From positions 5,977 to 45,453 of the forward strand of contig JBBIJQ010000009.1 of NCBI GenBank assembly GCA_037445915.1: a stretch of DNA of 39,477 nt, written 5' to 3'. A program made the translations under genes and the position numbers. Under the pieces are notes generated by a model that worked only from the letters and a program-made list of their open reading frames with translations, ran no database searches and had not been told where the DNA came from. This document shows, in pieces, positions 34,307-39,477 of the stretch. The DNA comes from Planctomycetales bacterium (GTDB lineage: Bacteria; 4484-113). The stretch's first letter is position 1. Each line of letters starts with the position of its first letter.

Positions 34307-36496
34307 TTATCGGCGGGGAGGCCTTCCCCCGCCGCTGCGGTCGTCGCGGCGGGGCGGGCGTGAACCGCTGTCGCGGCGCGGCGCGCCCTCGCGCGGGCCT
34401 GTCGGCTTTGTGTATTCAATATCGTCGCGCAGGAGGTTGACCTTGCCGTTGTCGTCAACCTCGCGCACGCGCACGCGCAATGTGTCCCCTACCTTCAGGT
34501 AGTCTTCAACGCGCTCAATACGGTGGTCTGCGACGTTGGAGATGTGCAGTAGCCCGTCGCGCCCCGGCACCAGTTCAATGAAAGCGCCGAAGGGAACGAC
34601 GGAAACTACCTTGCCCTCAAAGACCATGTCCTTCTCAATTTCCATCGTCATCGCGCGCACGATTTCATAAGCGCGCTTGACGCCGTCGTGGTCAACACCC
34701 GAGAAATACACGGTGCCGTCGTCGTCAATCTCAACGTCCGCGCCGGTCTCGGCCTCAAGCTTCTTGATGTTCTTGCCCGAAGGCCCGATGACCATGCCAA
34801 TCTGGTCGGGGTTTATCTTGAGCATCATCAGCATCGGCGCATACTGCGACAGCTCTTCCCTCGGCGCGGCGATGATTTCTTCCATCTGGCGAAGGATATA
34901 CATCCTGCCCACCCGCGCGCGCTCAAGGGTCTTCTCAACTATCTCAAGCGTAAGGCCTTCAATCTTGACGTCAAGCTGGATCGCGGTGATGCCAAGCTCG
35001 GTACCGGCAACTTTAAAGTCCATATCGCCGTTGAAGTCTTCAAAGCCTGAAAGGTCCGAAAGCAAGACAAACTTGTCGTCTGACTCGTAAATCAGGCCTG
35101 TGGAGATGCCTGCGACCGGCCTAATCATCGGAACGCCGGCATCCATCAGCGCCATGCAGCCAGCGCACACGCTGGCCATGCTGGAGCTTGCGTTGCTCTC
35201 CGTGACCTCGCTCACTACGCGGATGGAGTACGGGAAGTCGGCGTCGGTCGGCAGCGCAGGCATAAGCGCGTGCTCTGCAAGCGCGCCGTGGCCGATGTCG
35301 CGGCGGCCGGGGCCGCGCATGAAACGCACCTCGCCAACGGAATAAGGCGGGAAGTTATAGTGGTGGATGAAGCGCTTGTGCGCCTCAAGCATCAGCGAGT
35401 CGATGCGCTGGCGGTCGGCGAAGCTTCCCAACGTCACCGCCGAGAGCACCTGCGTCTGGCCGCGGGTGAATAGCGCGCTGCCGTGCACGCGGGGCAGGAG
35501 CGAAGTCCGGCCCGAAATGGGGCGGATTTCCTCGGAGCCTCTGCCGTCAACGCGGATGTTATTCTTTATCACGAACTCGCGCATATAGCTGCCGACGCTC
35601 TTGTCGGCATATGCCGCAAGGCGCATCGGGTCTGCGTCGGGGTTATCAGCCAGCACCTTCGCGCAAGCTTCTTTCTTCACCTTGGACACCGCGCCGTAAA
35701 GGTCGGCCTTGCTGTCCGAGGGGATGATGTCCTTGAGCGCTTCGTCAACCAGCGCCTTGACCTGCGCAAACAGCTTCTCGTCATGCACCGGCTCGGAGAT
35801 GTCCATCTTCTCCGGTGTGCCGACCTTGGCGATGAACGCCTCAATTTCCGAGATGATGCGCTTGATTTCGTCGGTGGCGCGGCGCATGCCTTCAAGCACC
35901 ATGTCTTCGGGCACTTCCGCGCTTTCGTTCTCAATCATGTTCACGTAATCGCGCGTGCCGGAAACTAGCAGGTTCATCTGCGATGCGGCGGCCTGTTCGG
36001 TTGACGGGTTCACAATGAACTCGCCATCAAGGAAGCCGATGCGCACTGCCGCCACGAGCTTGGGGAAAGGAATGCAGGAAATCCCCAGCGCGGCCGACGC
36101 GCCGATAATGCCCATCACGTCTGTCGGCGCGACGAGGTCGTGCGATAGAGTCGTGATGACAATCTGCACGTCATTGTGGAAGTTCTTAGGGAAGACGGGC
36201 CGCAGCGTGCGGTCAATGCGGCGGCCGATGAGGATTGCGTCCTCGCTGGGACGGCCTTCGCGCTTGAAGAATCCGCCGGGGAAACGTCCCGCCGCATACA
36301 TGCGCTCTTCAAAGTCCACCATCAGGGGGAAGAAGTCTGCGCCTTCGCGGGGTTCCGGCGATGCCGTTGCTGCTACTAGGAGCGTAAGCCCCCCGCAATT
36401 GATCATTACTGCGCCGCTGGCTTGTTTTGCGATTTCGCCTGTTTCTAGGCGAAGCTGGCCGTTGCCGACCATGAATTCATGTGTGGTTTGTCCCAT
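34307..36496 (-). CDS. pnp: Polyribonucleotide nucleotidyltransferase
   Basis: DFFPLMVDFEER, PGGFFKREGRP, HGSALFTRGQTQ, HYNFPPYSVGE, GDMDFKVAG, KH and S1 domains. Confidence 0.99.
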   Translation of the reverse strand: MGQTTHEFMVGNGQLRLETGEIAKQASGAVMINCGGLTLLVAATASPEPREGADFFPLMVDFEERMYAAGRFPGGFFKREGRPSEDAILIGRRIDRTLRPVFPKNFHNDVQIVITTLSHDLVAPTDVMGIIGASAALGISCIPFPKLVAAVRIGFLDGEFIVNPSTEQAAASQMNLLVSGTRDYVNMIENESAEVPEDMVLEGMRRATDEIKRIISEIEAFIAKVGTPEKMDISEPVHDEKLFAQVKALVDEALKDIIPSDSKADLYGAVSKVKKEACAKVLADNPDADPMRLAAYADKSVGSYMREFVIKNNIRVDGRGSEEIRPISGRTSLLPRVHGSALFTRGQTQVLSAVTLGSFADRQRIDSLMLEAHKRFIHHYNFPPYSVGEVRFMRGPGRRDIGHGALAEHALMPALPTDADFPYSIRVVSEVTESNASSSMASVCAGCMALMDAGVPMIRPVAGISTGLIYESDDKFVLLSDLSGFEDFNGDMDFKVAGTELGITAIQLDVKIEGLTLEIVEKTLERARVGRMYILRQMEEIIAAPREELSQYAPMLMMLKINPDQIGMVIGPSGKNIKKLEAETGADVEIDDDGTVYFSGVDHDGVKRAYEIVRAMTMEIEKDMVFEGKVVSVVPFGAFIELVPGRDGLLHISNVADHRIERVEDYLKVGDTLRVRVREVDDNGKVNLLRDDIEYTKPTGPREGAPRRDSGSRPPRRDDRSGGGRPPRR

Positions 36497-36543
36497 TTGT
36501 GCTCTCCAGCATCAGGGGTGCTGCGTGGGCAGTTACTTCCGTA

Positions 36544-36813
36544 CTACTTGCGCAGACCGAGCCTCTGGATTGTGTCCAGGTAGCGGTTGTAGTCCTTGCC
36601 CTTCAGGTAGTTGAGGAATTTGCGCCTCTGTCCGACCATCAGGAGCAGCCCGCGGCGGGAATGGAAATCCTTGCGGTGCTGCTTAAGGTGCTCATTCAAA
36701 GAGTTAATGCGGTTAGTCAGCAGTGCTATCTGAACCTCTACCGAGCCTGTATCACCCGGATGTCCCTGAAACTGCTTTATGATGCCCGCCTTCTGTTCCT
36801 TGTCCACTGGCAT
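36544..36813 (-). CDS. rpsO: 30S ribosomal protein S15
   Basis: [37 protein letters not shown]; conserved rpsO-pnp order. Confidence 0.99.
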   Translation of the reverse strand: MPVDKEQKAGIIKQFQGHPGDTGSVEVQIALLTNRINSLNEHLKQHRKDFHSRRGLLLMVGQRRKFLNYLKGKDYNRYLDTIQRLGLRK

Positions 36814-36850
36814 CCCGTTATTCGTTCTCCATTACAATTATGAACCGCAA

Positions 36851-36879
36851 ATACTATACCAGCATCGCCCGTGTGTCAA
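36851..36879 (-). promoter_or_regulatory. Putative sigma70 promoter of rpsO-pnp
   Basis: TTGACA-17 nt-TAGTAT, with an overlapping TGG-TATAGT. Confidence 0.6.
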
Positions 36880-36935
36880 GCGCAATGACGGTCGCGCAGG
36901 AAGAAACGCCGATAGCGCACTATCCATAACCTCCC

Positions 36936-37390
36936 GTAGGCCACACTTTAGTGTGGCTCAGGAATCTCTTGGTTGGAACAGGCGACTCGCCTGCTCATAT
37001 TGCGCACAGCCAGCCTGGCTGTGCCACCTTTCAGAATCCAGACGGCGGGGAATAAATCCCCGTCCCTTCAGCCGGATTCCAGAGCCAGGCTAAAGCCAGG
37101 CCTACTGAGTGGAGTAGCGATTAAAAACGGGTACGCCGGGCTCACCAGCTCCGCTCCGGAATCTGGACTTCCCTATCGGGCGTTGGGCTCTCCAACCCCA
37201 CGAATAAATCTGGGATCTATTACAGTGCGAGGGCTTGCCAGCCTTAGGCTAGTTTACTCCTCGCCGCTATGGATTCTGGAATCCGAAAGTGCCACAGCCG
37301 ACTCGGCTGTACGTTTCACGCACAAGCGGGACGCATGTGCCACCAAGATTTGGAGCAGAATCCAGGGCGGGACTGAAGCCCAGTTTACCC
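36936..37390. repeat. Cluster of nested REP-like inverted doublets
   Basis: Doublet 36936-37105 encloses doublet 36971-37029; doublet 37129-37390 encloses doublet 37289-37343. Confidence 0.75.
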
Positions 37391-37405
37391 ATCCCTCCAT
37401 AACCT

Positions 37406-37458
37406 CTCATCCCTAACCCCTTATCCCTTTCCCCTAACCCCTTCCCCTCCCCTTCCCT
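37406..37458 (+). repeat. C-rich heptamer tandem tract (6-7 units)
   Basis: CTCATCC CTAACCC CTTATCC CTTTCCC CTAACCC CTTCCCC ... Confidence 0.75.
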
Positions 37459-37486
37459 GCTACAATCTTCCGCCGAGGAAAAGCAC

Positions 37487-38542
37487 ATGCCAAAAGAAAT
37501 AACGCTTGAGCGCGTAAGCCTGACGCCCCTGGAGCGCGAGGACCTGCCGATGCTGCACTGCCTCGTAGAGGAAGAGTGCGGCCCGGTCCTCGCGGAATGC
37601 CGCGACTGGGAGACGCTTTGCCGCCTATACGAGGAAGGCGCACTGTCCGGCGACCCGCGCCACGCCTTTGTAATCCGCCTTGACGGCATGCCCGTGGGAT
37701 ACTGCACAGCCAACTTTGAGGACGGCGTTATCCGCCTTGGGCTGCCCGCAGGAACTCCGCAGCGCCCCAGCGTGGCGCTGTTCAGCCTGCGCTATGCCGC
37801 CGACCTCGTGTTCTCCACGGTGTGGCACCACGACAAGGTACAGGCGCGCGCGCTGCCGCTGGACAGCGAGATGCTTGCCGCAGCGCGCAAGGCGGGCTAT
37901 CGCCCCGCGCCCGAAGAAGGGATTCTCGCGGTCACGCGCAAGTCATGGGAAAACTGGGAACACCATCCCGTCCGCGACTGCATTGACGACATCCCCAAGG
38001 GCGGCGAATATGTCTCCCCGCTCGCCATCAAATACACGCCTGCGGTGGCTGACGATATTCCTTTCCTCATGCGCCTGCATAACGCTACCTTTGAGTTCTA
38101 CAACTGGCGGCCGCAGTCGCTGTGCACCGTGGAGAAGCGCTTTGAGCGCGGCGAGTTCTTCGGCGACAAGACGCGCGTGTTCATCGTGCGCGTGAAGGGC
38201 GAGCCGGTGGGCATCGCACGCATCCAGGACGTGATGAGCGCTTCGCCCGAAATTGGGCTGCGCATCCTCGGCCCGTGGCAGGCGCGCGGCATCGGCGGCC
38301 CTGCGACAAGGTGGCTAATTGATTATTGTTTCAAAAAGCTGCCGCGCAGGATAGTGAAGGTGCGCGCGGTGACCGTCTCCACGAATATCGGCGGTAACAA
38401 GGCGCTGCGCAAGGCGGGCTTCCGCAAGGACGGCGTGACGCGCCGCCAATGGTTCATCCGGGGCCAGTGGCGCGACGCCGCGCTTTACTCCATGCTGCGC
38501 GAGGAATGGGAAGCTCAGAAGCAAGCCCGCTTGGTAAAATGA
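37487..38542 (+). CDS. Tandem GNAT (RimJ/RimL-like) N-acetyltransferase
   Basis: ERVSLTPLEREDL; EIGLRILGPWQARGIG; NIGGNKALRKAGFRKDG..R...F..G.WRD..LYSML..EW. Confidence 0.88.
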   Translation: MPKEITLERVSLTPLEREDLPMLHCLVEEECGPVLAECRDWETLCRLYEEGALSGDPRHAFVIRLDGMPVGYCTANFEDGVIRLGLPAGTPQRPSVALFSLRYAADLVFSTVWHHDKVQARALPLDSEMLAAARKAGYRPAPEEGILAVTRKSWENWEHHPVRDCIDDIPKGGEYVSPLAIKYTPAVADDIPFLMRLHNATFEFYNWRPQSLCTVEKRFERGEFFGDKTRVFIVRVKGEPVGIARIQDVMSASPEIGLRILGPWQARGIGGPATRWLIDYCFKKLPRRIVKVRAVTVSTNIGGNKALRKAGFRKDGVTRRQWFIRGQWRDAALYSMLREEWEAQKQARLVK

Positions 38543-38701
38543 AGTTCACAAGCAGCGCCGCCCGCAGCCTGGAATGAAAACGCCATCCTAATGCAGGACT
38601 CCCTGCCGAACAGAGCATCGCGCAGAGCCGGGCTGTAAAGCGGCCTCCTGCGAACCGCCACCTGGATACCGGAACAGAGCGGCGGGGCGCATCCGCGCAT
38701 C

Positions 38702-39477
38702 CTACATTTCCATGAGGTCAATCTTCATCGCCAGCGCATCACCGCTGCCGCCGCCGCTATCTTCCGTGCCGCTCGGAGTAGTCTCTACCCCACTGGGCGT
38801 GTTCACGGAGCCGTTGGGAGTGCGCACTTCTCCGCCAGGAGCAGTATCCACCCCGCCGGGAGTGGTTTCGGTTCCGCTGAGCGTGGCCCAAAACCCGTAA
38901 GCGTTAGGCGCAACTCCGCCTAAAATGAGCCTGCTGTCACTCTCTAGCGTCATAGAGAACGCTCTCTCGTTGCCATTCCCTCCCCATGTTTTCTGCCATA
39001 ACAACGTGTTATCTGGAGAGTATTTTAAAAGAAGGACGTTATTTCTTCCTGCGCCGGCGGCAAAAGTGAGTCCCGACACATAAACGTTTCCTTCGCCGTC
39101 AACGACGACGCCATCGGCACAATCAGTATCGCCCCGGCCCCAAGTAGTTTGCGAGAGTAGGTTGCCAGAGGGTGAATACTGGAGAAGGAAGGCGTCTTCC
39201 GAGCCTGCGCCGAAGCTCTCAGTGCCTCCAGCCACATACACGGCGCCTTCTCCGCCGGCTGCGACGCAATGGGCTTCATCGTAGCCGCTTCCGCGCCATG
39301 TCTTCTGCCATTGAAGCGCGCCTTCAGGTGAGAATTGAAGCAGGAATGCGTCAGTTACCGAAGCCCCAAAGCTACTCGTAACTCCTGCTACATAGACTTT
39401 GCCTGCGCCATCTACCGCCACACTATTGGCGGTATCAGCCCTGCTTCCGCCCCAGGTCTTCTGCCATTGGAGCTCGC
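38702..39477 (-). CDS. C-terminal part of an SBBP-like beta-propeller repeat protein (runs off the window edge)
   Basis: Frame is open to the window end; repeated WQKTWGG...A..VAVDG.G.VYVAG.T.SFGAG..DAFLLQYS..G units. Confidence 0.8.
   Translation of the reverse strand, partial: ELQWQKTWGGSRADTANSVAVDGAGKVYVAGVTSSFGASVTDAFLLQFSPEGALQWQKTWRGSGYDEAHCVAAGGEGAVYVAGGTESFGAGSEDAFLLQYSPSGNLLSQTTWGRGDTDCADGVVVDGEGNVYVSGLTFAAGAGRNNVLLLKYSPDNTLLWQKTWGGNGNERAFSMTLESDSRLILGGVAPNAYGFWATLSGTETTPGGVDTAPGGEVRTPNGSVNTPSGVETTPSGTEDSGGGSGDALAMKIDLMEM

Noticed and set aside
1189-36614. Long antisense or alternate-frame ORFs (e.g. 1189-1962, 2265-2900, 3999-4703, 11245-11910, 23338-24027, 35955-36614)
   Set aside because: Shadow ORFs over well-supported genes, typical of high-GC DNA, with no recognisable motifs
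36936-37390. CRISPR array that might partner the CARF-HEPN gene
   Set aside because: The units are inverted, heterogeneous palindromes, not identical direct repeats with regular spacers
37411-37440. CCCTAA telomere-like repeats
   Set aside because: Only two non-adjacent copies inside a 7-bp-period degenerate tract; coincidental
38555-38692. GC-rich inverted ends between convergent genes as an ncRNA
   Set aside because: Only short imperfect stems, as expected at this GC content; no recognisable family

Overview
A GC-rich (roughly 60-65% by eye) bacterial chromosomal segment, probably from a diderm (kdsB present). I cannot assign a taxon from sequence alone. It is mostly housekeeping and metabolic: a split aconitase X with a CocE/NonD hydrolase, an SDR, GNATs, ispA-dxs-rnhB, folD, queH, HU, tnaA with a COG2403/ArcE-like P-loop enzyme, a GT4, purine nucleoside phosphorylase, two MacB-like permeases, kdsB, rseP, pnp and rpsO, plus secreted and TPR proteins. 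I saw no rRNA, tRNA, CRISPR array or transposase. The most unusual features are: (1) an Obg-fold protein whose G domain aligns to Obg but has lost the G1-G4 GTPase motifs; (2) a network of REP/REPIN-like inverted doublets, one bracketing a low-GC wHTH plus nuclease-like gene as apparent cargo, others nested inside each other, with four of the five repeat loci followed by a C-rich heptamer tract; (3) an orphan TIGR02710/Csm6-like CARF-HEPN gene with a degenerate CARF motif and no cas genes nearby; (4) a stand-alone 42-aa histone H1-like (KKAPA)n protein; (5) many genes that look leaderless (TAnnnT box 5-8 nt before the start codon). Several starts are corrected relative to the ORF track. All family calls come from motif recognition, not database searches.
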